Notes: generated by a model from the letters alone, not told the origin. Shown: positions 8,618 to 18,635, numbered from the stretch's first letter. The stretch: 64,000 nt of DNA from an uncultured Holophaga sp. (GCA_963664825.1 OY761614.1:2336001-2400000), one strand, 5' to 3'. Program-made: numbers and translations.

Positions 8618-11134
8618 ATGGCCCGAAAAAACCACACCTTCATCCCCCAGAAGCCCCGTTCCCAGAAGGGCAGGGATTCCGATGCCAGACCTCCTCGGCG
8701 CGCCGAAGGAGCCCAGGCCTCCGCTCGGCCCGGTGAGACCTTCGAGGCCACCTTCCTCGGTCACCCGGAGGGCATCGGCGGGTTCCTCCGCCCCCTGGGC
8801 ATGAAGAAGGGCGCGGGCCTGGATCTCCTGGTGGATTGGCGGGATGCGCATAGCGCCATCCACGGCGACAAGGTGCTGGCGGAAGTCTCCGGGGAAACCC
8901 GGGATGGCCGTCTTCGGGGGCGCATCCTCAAGGTGCTGGCCCGTCCCGAAAATCCCATCCCCGCGCGCCTGCAGAAGCAGGACTGGGGCTGGCAGGCCGT
9001 GCCGTTGGAACCGCGCATGCAGCAGATCATCAGCGTGCTGCCCACGGACTTGGCCATCGACGGCGATCTCGTGACCGTGAAACTGGACCCCGATCCCACG
9101 CTTCAGCAGATGAAGGGCGTGGTGGTGGCGCGCCTGGGCCGCCCCACGGATCTCAAGATTGAGAATAAGCTCACGGCGGCCCTCTTCAATCTGCGCACGG
9201 AATTCCCCACGACCGTCATGGACGAGCTGGCGCCCTTTCCCACGGAAATCCCCGAGGAATGGTGCCAGGGGCGTGAGGCCGGAGCAGGAGCGGAGGCCCA
9301 CCAGACCGAAGGTTCGGCCCAAGGGGCGCGGCCAAAGGAGTGGCCGCGTGAGGACCTGCGCGAGCTGCTCACGGTCACGGTGGATCCGCCCACGGCCAAG
9401 GATTTCGATGACGCCATCAGCCTGGAAGTACTGCCCCCAGAAGAGGGCGGAGGCTGGATCCTGGGCGTCCATATCGCCGATGTGAGCCACTACGTGCGGG
9501 AGGGTGGGCCCCTGGACCAGGAGGCCAATACCCGGGGCACCTCCGTGTATTTCCCGGACGAATGCATTCCCATGCTGCCCGAGCGCCTTTCGGGCGAACT
9601 GTGCAGCCTGCGCGAAGGGGTGGACCGCCTCACCATGACGGCCTGGATGACCATCTCGCCGAGGCTCGAGGTGATCGAGACCCGCTTTTCCGAAAGCGTC
9701 ATCCGCAGCCGCAAGCGCCTCACCTACGATCAGGTGAAGACGGCCTGCCTGGATCTGGACAAGCGCTTCCGCCGGGAACTGGGCGATGAGATCTGCGAGA
9801 TGCTCGATCAGGCACTGGTCCTCTCGCGCCAGCTCACGACGGAGCGCCTGCATCGGGGCGCGCTGAACCTGGATAGTGATGAGACGGAGTTCGTCTTCGG
9901 CGAGGATGGCCTGCCCATCGATGCCCGGGAATACGTCCACCACGATGCCCATCACATGATCGAGGAGTTCATGCTGCTGGCCAACGAGGCCGTGGCCACC
10001 TTCTTCACTCGGCTCAAGATCCCCACCATCTATCGCGTTCACGACGAGCCCGATCCCCTGAAGCTGGAAGTCTTCAAGGAGATCGCCACCAGCCTCGGCC
10101 TGATGAGCCCCCACGATACGCCGACGCCGGAGATCCTCAACGCCCTGCTGGACAAGATCCGCGGCGGGCCCCTGGAGGCCATGCTCAATACCATGCTGGT
10201 GCGCTCCCTGAAGCGCGCCGAATACAACGTGGAGAATATCGGCCACTCGGGTCTGGCCCTGGACGACTACCTGCACTTCACCAGCCCCATCCGCCGCTAC
10301 CCCGATCTCATCGTCCATCGCTGGCTGCGGAAGATCCTCCGCAAGCAGCCCGTGCCCGATGGCCTGCAGGGACAGCTGGCCATCACGGCCAAGCAGTGCA
10401 CGGATACCGAGCAGACCGCGACGGAAGCCGAGCGCGAGAACGACAAGTGGAAGACCTGCCTGCTGATGAAGGCCAAGATCGGCCAGAAGTTCGAAGCCCG
10501 GATCCAGGGATTTTCCCTGAAGGTGGCCTTCGTGCGCTTGGACAGCCCCTTCGTGGAAGTGGGCGTGCCCCTGGGCGCCTTGGGCGGCAACTTCGTGGTC
10601 GATGAACACCGCACCCGGGTCACCGGCATGGGGGGCCAGATGGTCCTCCAGATCGGCGACGCGGTGAAGGTGGAGATCACGGGCGTGGACGAGGATCTGC
10701 GCCGGGTTTCGGCCTGGGTGGTGGAGGCCCAGGCCTCCGACGCCAAGGGCAAGCGCACGGTCTTCACCCCCAGTCTCGCGGGGCCCGCCACTCTGCGAGA
10801 GGCCGACTTCGTGCCCGAGAAGCGCGGTGTCAGGGCCGGCGGCCAGCACAGGCGCGAAGAGAGGCCTACGGGCAGATCCCCCAAGGGGGTCCGGGAGGCG
10901 GGCCAATCCTCGCGCCCCGGGGAACACTCTTCCCGGCCAACAGCCAAGGCCGCCCGGCCTGGGGACCGTCCTGCTCGGCCTACCCAGCATGCCGATGCCC
11001 CTTCGGGGGAACGCCCCTCTCGGCCCAAGCGGGCGGGGGAACGCTCGAGGCCCAATGCCAAATCCAAACGATCCAGCAATCGTCCCTCAAGGGCTCCCAA
11101 GGGTAGTGTGCGGGGAGCCGCCAAGAAGAAATAG
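8618..11134 (+). CDS. rnr: ribonuclease R (RNB family)
   Basis: DPPTAKDFDDA, IEEFMLLANEAVA, HFTSPIRRYPDL, S1 domain and basic C-terminal tail. Confidence 0.92.
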   Translation: MARKNHTFIPQKPRSQKGRDSDARPPRRAEGAQASARPGETFEATFLGHPEGIGGFLRPLGMKKGAGLDLLVDWRDAHSAIHGDKVLAEVSGETRDGRLRGRILKVLARPENPIPARLQKQDWGWQAVPLEPRMQQIISVLPTDLAIDGDLVTVKLDPDPTLQQMKGVVVARLGRPTDLKIENKLTAALFNLRTEFPTTVMDELAPFPTEIPEEWCQGREAGAGAEAHQTEGSAQGARPKEWPREDLRELLTVTVDPPTAKDFDDAISLEVLPPEEGGGWILGVHIADVSHYVREGGPLDQEANTRGTSVYFPDECIPMLPERLSGELCSLREGVDRLTMTAWMTISPRLEVIETRFSESVIRSRKRLTYDQVKTACLDLDKRFRRELGDEICEMLDQALVLSRQLTTERLHRGALNLDSDETEFVFGEDGLPIDAREYVHHDAHHMIEEFMLLANEAVATFFTRLKIPTIYRVHDEPDPLKLEVFKEIATSLGLMSPHDTPTPEILNALLDKIRGGPLEAMLNTMLVRSLKRAEYNVENIGHSGLALDDYLHFTSPIRRYPDLIVHRWLRKILRKQPVPDGLQGQLAITAKQCTDTEQTATEAERENDKWKTCLLMKAKIGQKFEARIQGFSLKVAFVRLDSPFVEVGVPLGALGGNFVVDEHRTRVTGMGGQMVLQIGDAVKVEITGVDEDLRRVSAWVVEAQASDAKGKRTVFTPSLAGPATLREADFVPEKRGVRAGGQHRREERPTGRSPKGVREAGQSSRPGEHSSRPTAKAARPGDRPARPTQHADAPSGERPSRPKRAGERSRPNAKSKRSSNRPSRAPKGSVRGAAKKK

Positions 11135-11137
11135 GGC

Positions 11138-12532
11138 TCAGCCCTTTGGGAGAGCCGTCTGCAGGGTGTGTTGCAGTTCCCTCATGAGGTAGGGTTTCTG
11201 CAGGAATATCGGGGGATTGGGCCCCTGGAATTCCTGCAGAATCTCCTGTGCACTGTATCCGCTGCACAGGATGACGGGTACATCCGCTCGCAGGCTGCGC
11301 ATGCGCTGGAAGGCCTCGTGGCCGTCCATGCGGGGCATGGTGAGGTCCATGAGCACCAGGTCGAAGCTCTCCCGGTTTGCCTCGAACTTATTCAGGGCAT
11401 CCAGGCCATCTGTAGCCGTGATGACGGTGAGACCGAGCGCCTCGAGGATGGAGGCGGTGGCTTCCAGGATCGCGGGCTCGTCATCCACCAGCAGTGTCTT
11501 GCCATTGAAGCGTGAGGGTGCTTCGGCCTTGGCCTTTTGGGCAGCGGGTGCGAGCTCGGGGTGGGCAGGGAAGAAGAGCTGGAAACAGGAGCCCCGTCCC
11601 TCCTCCGTATCGATATGGATGCCGCCCCCGTGTGCCCGCAGGATCCCCAGCATGGCCGAAAGCCCCAGGCCGTGTCCGGTCTGTTTGGTCGTGAAGAAAG
11701 GATCGAAGATGTGCGTCAGGGTCTGGGGGCTCATGCCACAACCCGAATCGCTCACGGTTAGCACCACAAAAGGGCCCGGGTGAAGGGCCTGCAACGGAAT
11801 GGTCGAGGCGAGGCCGAACTCGTCCAGATCCTGGGCGTGCGTGGACAGAGTGATGGCACCCTGGGCGTCTCCGATGGCATCGGAGGCGTTGGTGACGAGG
11901 TTCATGACCACCTGCTGGATCTGGGCGACATCGGCTTCGATGGCCGGCAGGTTCGGGGCCAGATGAAAGTGCAGGGCGATCTTCTTGGAGATGGAGACCT
12001 GAAGCAGTTGAGTCGTTTCCCTGACCAGCTGGTTGAGGTCCTGGGGTGTGACCACGTACTGGCCCCGCCCGGAATAGGCGAGCATCTGCCGGGTGAGTTC
12101 GGAGGCCTTGAGGACCGTCTTCTCGATGTTCTCCAGACAGGGGAGGGCATTGGTTTCCCTGGGGAGTGCCTTCCTGGCGAGATCCAGGTTTCCGAGGATG
12201 GCGGTGAGCAGATTGTTGAAGTCGTGGGCGATGCCTCCGGCGAGGATCCCCAGGCTCTCCATCTTCTGGGCCTGGCGCAGGTGCGCCTCCGCCCGCTTGG
12301 CCGAGGCGATATCCCGGCTCACGAGGCCGTACAGCATGATGGCCGTGACGGCGACGAATCCCCAGCCCTTCAGGGTGGCCAGGCGCGTGAAGGTGGCTGG
12401 ATCCGTGGCGAACATCCCCAGGAGGGAGTCCGAGGCGATGATCCACAGCCCCGCGGTCAGGGCATAGATGACCGCAGTCCTCAGACCGGTATCATCCAGG
12501 AAACGGTGGGCAATGCGTTTCAGAAGGTCCAT
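11138..12532 (-). CDS. hybrid sensor histidine kinase / response regulator (CckA-like)
   Basis: AHDFNNLL H-box, PFFTTK, GLGL and a C-terminal receiver (LVDDE, MDLTMP, KP). Confidence 0.92.
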   Translation of the reverse strand: MDLLKRIAHRFLDDTGLRTAVIYALTAGLWIIASDSLLGMFATDPATFTRLATLKGWGFVAVTAIMLYGLVSRDIASAKRAEAHLRQAQKMESLGILAGGIAHDFNNLLTAILGNLDLARKALPRETNALPCLENIEKTVLKASELTRQMLAYSGRGQYVVTPQDLNQLVRETTQLLQVSISKKIALHFHLAPNLPAIEADVAQIQQVVMNLVTNASDAIGDAQGAITLSTHAQDLDEFGLASTIPLQALHPGPFVVLTVSDSGCGMSPQTLTHIFDPFFTTKQTGHGLGLSAMLGILRAHGGGIHIDTEEGRGSCFQLFFPAHPELAPAAQKAKAEAPSRFNGKTLLVDDEPAILEATASILEALGLTVITATDGLDALNKFEANRESFDLVLMDLTMPRMDGHEAFQRMRSLRADVPVILCSGYSAQEILQEFQGPNPPIFLQKPYLMRELQHTLQTALPKG

Positions 12533-12624
12533 ATGGATCTCAACAGAGGCCGGAAAGCATACCACTCAGGCTGCTTCCTCTCGTGGTGAGGAATGGCGGC
12601 CGCCTCTGCAGGGACCCCCGGGAC

Positions 12625-12903
12625 TCAGCGCCCCAGGCCCGCCAGGTCCTTGGCCAGGGCGCCGAGATCGGCCCGCCCCTCCACCAGGGCTGGGCCAGCC
12701 GTGCCGCCGCTGCCAGGCAGATCGACGCTCAGCACCGTGTGGTCGCGGGAGAGTTCCGCGGCCGTGGCCGACCAGACTTCCTTATTGCCGCCGAAGCCAT
12801 GGATGAGCATGATCCCGGGGCCCCTGCCGGCCTTGACGAAGGCGGGGGGTGCCCCCTGGAGGCTGAATACGGCGAGAAATAGGACCAGGGCCCGGATGCT
12901 CAT
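12625..12903 (-). pseudogene. truncated alpha/beta-hydrolase
   Basis: LIHGFGG...DLPGSG N-terminal motifs, then a stop at 92 aa before the GxSxG elbow. Confidence 0.7.
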
Positions 12904-13014
12904 GAGATCCTCCTATTATCCCATTGGGCCTCCTAATATCCGTCATCCCGCGGGCCCGTCAACTTCGGCTAGGCCCTTCTTGGTCTGCTTTATCAGCCCC
13001 CCTGGTGATCCTCA

Positions 13015-13512
13015 ATGCCTGCGACTCCCGCCCTCCCCTCCATCTGCCTCGGCGTCGATCCCGGCTCCCTGGCCTGTGGTTGGGCGGTGGTCTCGCGCTT
13101 CGGTTCCCGCATGGAACTCCTGGCCTCGGGAGTCATCCGCAATCCCTCGGGGACCGACTTCGATCAGCGCATCCTCCGCATCCACCGGAAGCTCAGCGAG
13201 GTCATCGCGGAGCAGGCTCCCACCTTCATGGCCGTGGAATCGCCCTTCGTGGAGAAGAACGCGGCCACGGCCCTGAAGCTGGGCCAGATCCGGGGCGGGA
13301 TCCTTCTCACGGGGGCGCTCCATGGCTTGTCCGTGGGGGACTACAACCCCATGCAGGTGAAGAAGGCCGTCAGCGGCTATGGTTGGGCCGACAAGAACCA
13401 GGTGGGGAAGATGGTGCAGGTGCTCCTCAACCTCAAGGACCCCCTGCCTACCGACGCCGCCGACGCCGCCGCCGTGGCGATCGGACATTTGCTCGCGACC
13501 AGGAAGGGCTGA
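13015..13512 (+). CDS. ruvC: Holliday junction resolvase RuvC
   Basis: GVDPG, AVESPF, QVKKAVSGYGWADK and DAADAAAVA. Confidence 0.95.
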   Translation: MPATPALPSICLGVDPGSLACGWAVVSRFGSRMELLASGVIRNPSGTDFDQRILRIHRKLSEVIAEQAPTFMAVESPFVEKNAATALKLGQIRGGILLTGALHGLSVGDYNPMQVKKAVSGYGWADKNQVGKMVQVLLNLKDPLPTDAADAAAVAIGHLLATRKG

Positions 13513-13656
13513 ACGCCGATCGCCACTCCCGCCTATCGCAGGCTCCACCGGAGCCTGCTTCCTGGTCGCTTGGGCCTGGGGCCCCGCGTTCCCAGAGGCG
13601 GGACGATCGGGCATCTCCTAGCCACGCGGCGGGGCTGAAGAATCGCCACTTCCGCC

Positions 13657-15144
13657 TCAGATATCCTTCACGCCCCCCTGGGCCTTGGGTTTCTGGGGGA
13701 GGCGCTGATGGATGCCTTCGAGCTCATCCTGGCGGGCGCCCATGCTGGGGCGGGGAGGCGGGGGCGTCTTGGGCTTGGGGGGCGGGGGACTCTGATCCTT
13801 CTGCAGGGCCTGGAGATTGTGGACGGCCTCTTCGCGGCCCGGCTGCTCCTTCAGGAGGCGCTCCAGGAGGGACTGGGCCTCCGCGTTCTGGTCCAGGGCG
13901 TAGTGGGCCCGGGCCGCCAGCAACAGGGCGGGGCCCCGCCAATCGGGCACGGGGCGGGGCACGCCCTGGCCGGTGAGGGGCGCCAGGGCTTCTAGGGCCT
14001 CCTTGTATGCGCGGGTCTTCAGATCGATCTGGGCCGCCAGCAGGCGCTGATGGGGTGCGTGTCCGCTGGGTTTCCAGCGCCGGGCGGCCGGGAGATCGCC
14101 CCGGTCCAGGGCCGTCTGGGCAAGCCAGGCCTTCACTCCCTGGGGCAGGGGCCATTCGGCGCGCGCCGGGGAGGTCAGTGCCCCCGCCAGGAGCAGTCCC
14201 AGGATGGGGCGCCAGGCCCGCATGGGTTTACCCGCCGCCAGGAGCCAGAGCGCCAGGCCCAGCAGGGCCATCCACGCCCCCCATTCCGGGTGGGCCGGTT
14301 GTAGGCTGCGGGCCACGGGCAGGGGTTCCTTGCCTTGGGCGAGTCTGGCAAGGAAGCCCGCCAGGTCGTCCCCGGGGGCGAAGGCGCGGCCTCCAGAGCC
14401 CTCGGCGAGCTGCTTGAGGAATGCGGGCTGGGCGGTGCTGGTGGCGGGTTCCTTGCTGTCCTCGCTGGAAGACGCACCGGGCACGGCCTGGGGGCTCGGC
14501 TGGCCGAAGGCCACGGTGTAGAGGGGGAGCTTGGCCTTATTCAAAAAGCCCGTGGCTCGGGGCAGGGCATCGGCCTGGGTCTCCCAGGTCTCCTCCCCGT
14601 CGCTGAGGAGCAGGATCACCGCCGGGGCCTTTTTGTCGGCCTGGGCGGCGATCTGGGGCAGGCCGCGGCCCAGGCTGGTGCCGGGGCTGCCAATCTCCCC
14701 GGGGTCCACCGCCCGCAGCGCGTCCCGCAGGAGGGCCCGGTCTTCCCCCGGGGGCATCAGGGGGATGGTGTCCCCGGTGAGTAGATCCAGTCCGAAGCGC
14801 ACGCCCGGGATGGGCTGGCTCCACAGGTGATCCAGGGTCCCCAGGGCGGCCGCCCACCGCGTCCTGCCTCCGGCGTCCTGCACGAGCATGGAGCGGCTGG
14901 CGTCCACCACTACGTGGACCGTGAGGCGCGGCACTTCAGGCAGGCCGTAGCGGGGCTCCGCCAATCCCAGGGAGGCCCCCGCCAGCACCAGGGCCACGCC
15001 CAGGCCCTGCAGCAGGGGTTTCTGCCCCACCACGCTGACACCGATGCCCGGCCGCAGCTGAGCCCAGAAACCCAGCAGCAGCGCCAGCAGCGCCAGGGCC
15101 AGGCCCGGGAGCAGGAGGAGGGGATGGGAGAAGGTTTGGGTCAC
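13657..15144 (-). CDS. VWA domain protein with a TPR-like C-terminus (BatB/BatC-like)
   Basis: MIDAS DASRSM, GT and LSDGE; TM segments; helical repeats. Confidence 0.85.
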   Translation of the reverse strand: MTQTFSHPLLLLPGLALALLALLLGFWAQLRPGIGVSVVGQKPLLQGLGVALVLAGASLGLAEPRYGLPEVPRLTVHVVVDASRSMLVQDAGGRTRWAAALGTLDHLWSQPIPGVRFGLDLLTGDTIPLMPPGEDRALLRDALRAVDPGEIGSPGTSLGRGLPQIAAQADKKAPAVILLLSDGEETWETQADALPRATGFLNKAKLPLYTVAFGQPSPQAVPGASSSEDSKEPATSTAQPAFLKQLAEGSGGRAFAPGDDLAGFLARLAQGKEPLPVARSLQPAHPEWGAWMALLGLALWLLAAGKPMRAWRPILGLLLAGALTSPARAEWPLPQGVKAWLAQTALDRGDLPAARRWKPSGHAPHQRLLAAQIDLKTRAYKEALEALAPLTGQGVPRPVPDWRGPALLLAARAHYALDQNAEAQSLLERLLKEQPGREEAVHNLQALQKDQSPPPPKPKTPPPPRPSMGARQDELEGIHQRLPQKPKAQGGVKDI

Positions 15145-18100
15145 GGCTCACCCCAGGCCGCGTCCACGGCCCTGTCCAGCTCGGCTTCGAGCTTCTGGAT
15201 CTGGGCGTGCAGTTCCAGCATGGGCTCCCGGGTTTCGCGCCAGGCCTGGATCAGGTAGGCCCGGTCGCCCATGGTGGCGTCCTTCTGCTTCCTGCCCTGG
15301 CGCTTCAGGGCTTCGGCCAGCAGCGTGGTCTCATCCAGGGTCCAGAAATGCTCCAGGCCCTCGCCCAGGGGCGCGCAGCGCCAGGGCGCGTCCCTGCGCA
15401 GGAAACGCGTGAAAGCATGGCGATGGGCTTCGAAGGTGGTGGCCAGCCCACTCAGACGCTTCGCCAGTCCCGCCACATCCTGGGAATGGGGGGGAATATT
15501 TAGTTGCTCAATCGCGTAACGCTTCAGCCGAATACGACCGCCTTGGCTTGGATCTCCGAGGCTAGCGGCGATTGTTGAAATAGCCTGCCAGGCGTAGCGA
15601 GAGTTCAAGACCCCAAGCAGAAAATAATCGGCCTTGGGGATAGAGAATGTCGTATCTGCCTGGAAGTTGGACGAATCCATAGAGAACCGAGGCTCCATGG
15701 CCATGTCGGGCCACAACAATTTTTCACTTCCGAAAAATGGTTCGTACGCCTCCTGGGCCTGCTGCAACTCGAACCACGCCTGCTTTGTGGCGCGGTGATC
15801 TAATCCAACGTCTTCCATCTCGCCGGTGCGCTTGTTGAACTTCTTGAAACTTCGGAAGGGCTCCATATGGGCTGCCACGGCGGGGAAGCGATCGCGGAAG
15901 GCTTCTTCCGTGTAGCGGTTCTTCGGCGTGTAGATGAGGAAGCGGGGTTCGTCCTGGCGGATCGCCCAGCGGCGCACCTCGTCGCCGATGGCCAGGGGCT
16001 TGAGGAGTTGCCCGGCCTCGGGATTCCTTGCGGTGATGGCGTCCCGTTGGTCCTGATTGATCCAGAAGGCGTCGTTGAGACCCGTCTTGATGCCCCAGCA
16101 GATGGGCGTCTCGCCCAAATATTCCCGCAGGGATAGGCCCTTACTCTTCCGCGAGGCGAAGGCCGCGCCTCTGGCCTCGCTCACCAGCAGCCAGGCTTCT
16201 TCACTGAGTTGTGCGGGGAGCACGGATACGGCGTGGCGGGCCTCGAGGGTCTCCAGTTCCAGATCGCTGCCGGGCAGTTCCGTGATCTGTGTGAATCGCA
16301 GGGCGTTGTCTTGACCGGCGGGCTGTTTTTCCCCTACCAGGATCACGGGCATCACAGCCGCAGCCTCGAAGACGGGCAATTCGCCGAAATCCAGCAGCCG
16401 TTCCAGTCTCAGGTTTGATTTCAGATAGGCTCGGGAAGGGGCGCCGTACTTGGCCCTCAGCCACTTGTTGCTCACGATGATGCCGTAGCGCCCACCTTCC
16501 TTCAAGAGTTCCAGGCTGAGCTGGAAGAAATAGCAGTAGAGATCGGCGCGCTCCTCATGGACGGCGGCGAAGCGGTTTTTCAAACCCTCTTTCTGATCCT
16601 TGAAAAGTTCCATGCGGACATAGGGCGGATTTCCGATCACGGCGTCGAAGGCCACGCCGGGGAAGAGATCGTCCCAGTTTGAAGCCAGGCTGTCGGCGGT
16701 TTTCAGGCGATCGGATAGGTCCGAGAGCTTGCGGTCCTTGCGGACGGTTCCCAGCCACAGGGAGAGTTGGGCCAGCATGACGGCTTCGGGGTGCAGATCC
16801 ACGCCGAAGAAACAGCGTTCGAAGTTGAGGAGGTCCTGGAGTCGAGCCATAGCGCGCCTCCTGGGGGAGTCATGGGCCACCACCCGGAGACCGGGGAAGT
16901 CCTCGTGGACTGCGTCGCGGGTATCGGGCAGATGAGAGGCCAGGGCCAGGGCGCCGCGATAGTCGGGCTCCAGCAGTTCACGCAGCACTCGCAGGCCCAT
17001 GGCGAGAAAGGCCCCGCTACCGCAAGCGGGATCCAGGATGTGCAGACGGGAGACGCCGTCCCATAGGGAGTGGAAGGCTTCCAGGTCCCAATGGGCCTGG
17101 GCTTCCAAGTCCCCTTCGGGCCGGGGCCCATGGGTGGTGGTTGTTCGATCCATGGATTCGGTGCGACAGCGCGTTACCAGAGGCGCCAGTACCTGTCGAC
17201 AGATGTAGCGGGTCACCCAATCTGGGGTGTAGTAGATGCCGTGCTCGTGGCGAGTGTCCTGGTGGGTGGCTGCGGCTAGATCGAGATCGGCCAGGCTGGA
17301 TTCGAAGCAGTGGCCCAGGATGGACACCGGCAGTTCGGTGACGAAATCCTTGTCGGCCAGTTTCAGGAGTTCCCGAGCCAGATTCTCGGGCAACGCCATT
17401 CCTGATGAATCCACCACCGGATCTCTGCGAAACAGGCCCCCGTTGAAACCTGGGATGACCAGTTCGGTATCCCGGCCCACGAAGGCACTGCGGAACCCCT
17501 TGTCTAGGTGCTTGAACAGCTGCATCAGATTGCGGTGGACGGGCTTTTCTTCCAGACGGCTGAAGTGTTCGGAGAGTTCTACCAGAAGGCCCTCGGGCAA
17601 CAGGTGACGACTTTGGGCGAAGCCTGCGAACAGGGTGCGGTCCAGGAGCTTCTGAGCGGCTTGGAGGGCCTTGGTTGTGGCACTGGGATCGTCGGCGTCC
17701 TTCAGTAGGCGTTCGTAATGATTTCGGGCTTTATCGCGCAGGGTGCGGAACTCGGTATAGAAGGCCCGGGTGATCTTCTCCTGGTCCAAGGGGGCGGCCT
17801 GGATGAGATCCAGTAGCTTGGGACGTCCTCCGGCATGGTCTGGCAGCAGACGAGCGGGGCTTAGGAAGAAGAAGAGTTCCTTCAGGAGGTTGTCCTGGTC
17901 CTCGTGATTGAGGCGGTGGAACTCGAAGCGCCAGGCGCGGAGCTGGCGGGTTTCCCTGGCGTACAAACGGATTTCCTTGAAGTTGGAAACCAAAATGAAC
18001 TCAGCGTCGATGTGCTTGTCGGCGTAGGAAAACCCCTGCTGCACGGGAGACATGGCGTAGGGACCCTTGGGAGCCTTATCCAGATCTTCGTTGCCGTCCT

Positions 18101-18437
18101 TCAATTCGAGGACGGCGTAGGTGGCATTCTCGGCCTCCCGACCTCCGAAGCGGCCTATGGAAGCATCGGGACGATCCGCATCCAGTTCGGTCTTCTGCTC
18201 CTCGCGAAAATCGAAGACTTGATCGGTGGCCACGGCGCCATTGGGGCGGTAGCCCAGCCCGCGTTCGAACAGGAGATTCAGGAACTGGCTGCGGTTCTGC
18301 AGCTCCCTGAGCTTGCCTTGATAGTTCGAGAGCCGGTCCGCCCATTCCAGCGCGGCTTGCTTGAGTTCATCCGGTACCACGACTTCCTTGAGAAAGGCGG
18401 CGAGGCGGGAAGGTGGAATGAGGGGCGAAAGGGGCAT
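15141..18437 (-). CDS. type IIG restriction-modification enzyme (fused endonuclease, N6-adenine MTase and TRD)
   Basis: RPD...VLELK (PD-ExK), YYTP, LDPACGSGAFL, GNPPY and a TaqI-like C-terminal region. Confidence 0.9.
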   Translation of the reverse strand: MPLSPLIPPSRLAAFLKEVVVPDELKQAALEWADRLSNYQGKLRELQNRSQFLNLLFERGLGYRPNGAVATDQVFDFREEQKTELDADRPDASIGRFGGREAENATYAVLELKDGNEDLDKAPKGPYAMSPVQQGFSYADKHIDAEFILVSNFKEIRLYARETRQLRAWRFEFHRLNHEDQDNLLKELFFFLSPARLLPDHAGGRPKLLDLIQAAPLDQEKITRAFYTEFRTLRDKARNHYERLLKDADDPSATTKALQAAQKLLDRTLFAGFAQSRHLLPEGLLVELSEHFSRLEEKPVHRNLMQLFKHLDKGFRSAFVGRDTELVIPGFNGGLFRRDPVVDSSGMALPENLARELLKLADKDFVTELPVSILGHCFESSLADLDLAAATHQDTRHEHGIYYTPDWVTRYICRQVLAPLVTRCRTESMDRTTTTHGPRPEGDLEAQAHWDLEAFHSLWDGVSRLHILDPACGSGAFLAMGLRVLRELLEPDYRGALALASHLPDTRDAVHEDFPGLRVVAHDSPRRRAMARLQDLLNFERCFFGVDLHPEAVMLAQLSLWLGTVRKDRKLSDLSDRLKTADSLASNWDDLFPGVAFDAVIGNPPYVRMELFKDQKEGLKNRFAAVHEERADLYCYFFQLSLELLKEGGRYGIIVSNKWLRAKYGAPSRAYLKSNLRLERLLDFGELPVFEAAAVMPVILVGEKQPAGQDNALRFTQITELPGSDLELETLEARHAVSVLPAQLSEEAWLLVSEARGAAFASRKSKGLSLREYLGETPICWGIKTGLNDAFWINQDQRDAITARNPEAGQLLKPLAIGDEVRRWAIRQDEPRFLIYTPKNRYTEEAFRDRFPAVAAHMEPFRSFKKFNKRTGEMEDVGLDHRATKQAWFELQQAQEAYEPFFGSEKLLWPDMAMEPRFSMDSSNFQADTTFSIPKADYFLLGVLNSRYAWQAISTIAASLGDPSQGGRIRLKRYAIEQLNIPPHSQDVAGLAKRLSGLATTFEAHRHAFTRFLRRDAPWRCAPLGEGLEHFWTLDETTLLAEALKRQGRKQKDATMGDRAYLIQAWRETREPMLELHAQIQKLEAELDRAVDAAWGEP

Positions 18438-18466
18438 GGGCTAAGGTTCCGATTTCAAAAGAGATT

Positions 18467-18630
18467 CACCACGGAGGGCAGGGAGAAAAACGGGAGAAGG
18501 CCAGAGGAGAAAGGAAAGGAGAGTGGGCTATCGGGGGGCTTGGGTTCAAGGTTTGAGTCGTTTTACCTGTTTTTGTTCTTTCTCTATGCTTGCTCCGCTT
18601 CTACTCCGTGTTCTCTGTGCCTCCGTGGTG
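18467..18630. repeat. long imperfect palindrome (REP-like family)
   Basis: Left arm caccacggagggcagggag; right arm ctccgtgttctctgtgcctccgtggtg; the terminal 11 bp are perfectly complementary. Confidence 0.7.
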
Positions 18631-18635
18631 GTTTT

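Noticed and set aside
8276..10990. 904-aa antisense ORF opposite rnr, and similar long shadow ORFs (38293-40200, 26745-28988, 24985-26826, 46948-48708)
   Set aside because: Antisense to well-supported genes; expected from high-GC codon bias; no recognisable motifs.
15141..18437. BREX PglX or DISARM assignment for the methyltransferase
   Set aside because: No brx/pgl or drm genes nearby, and it has its own N-terminal PD-ExK nuclease, which fits a stand-alone type IIG enzyme.
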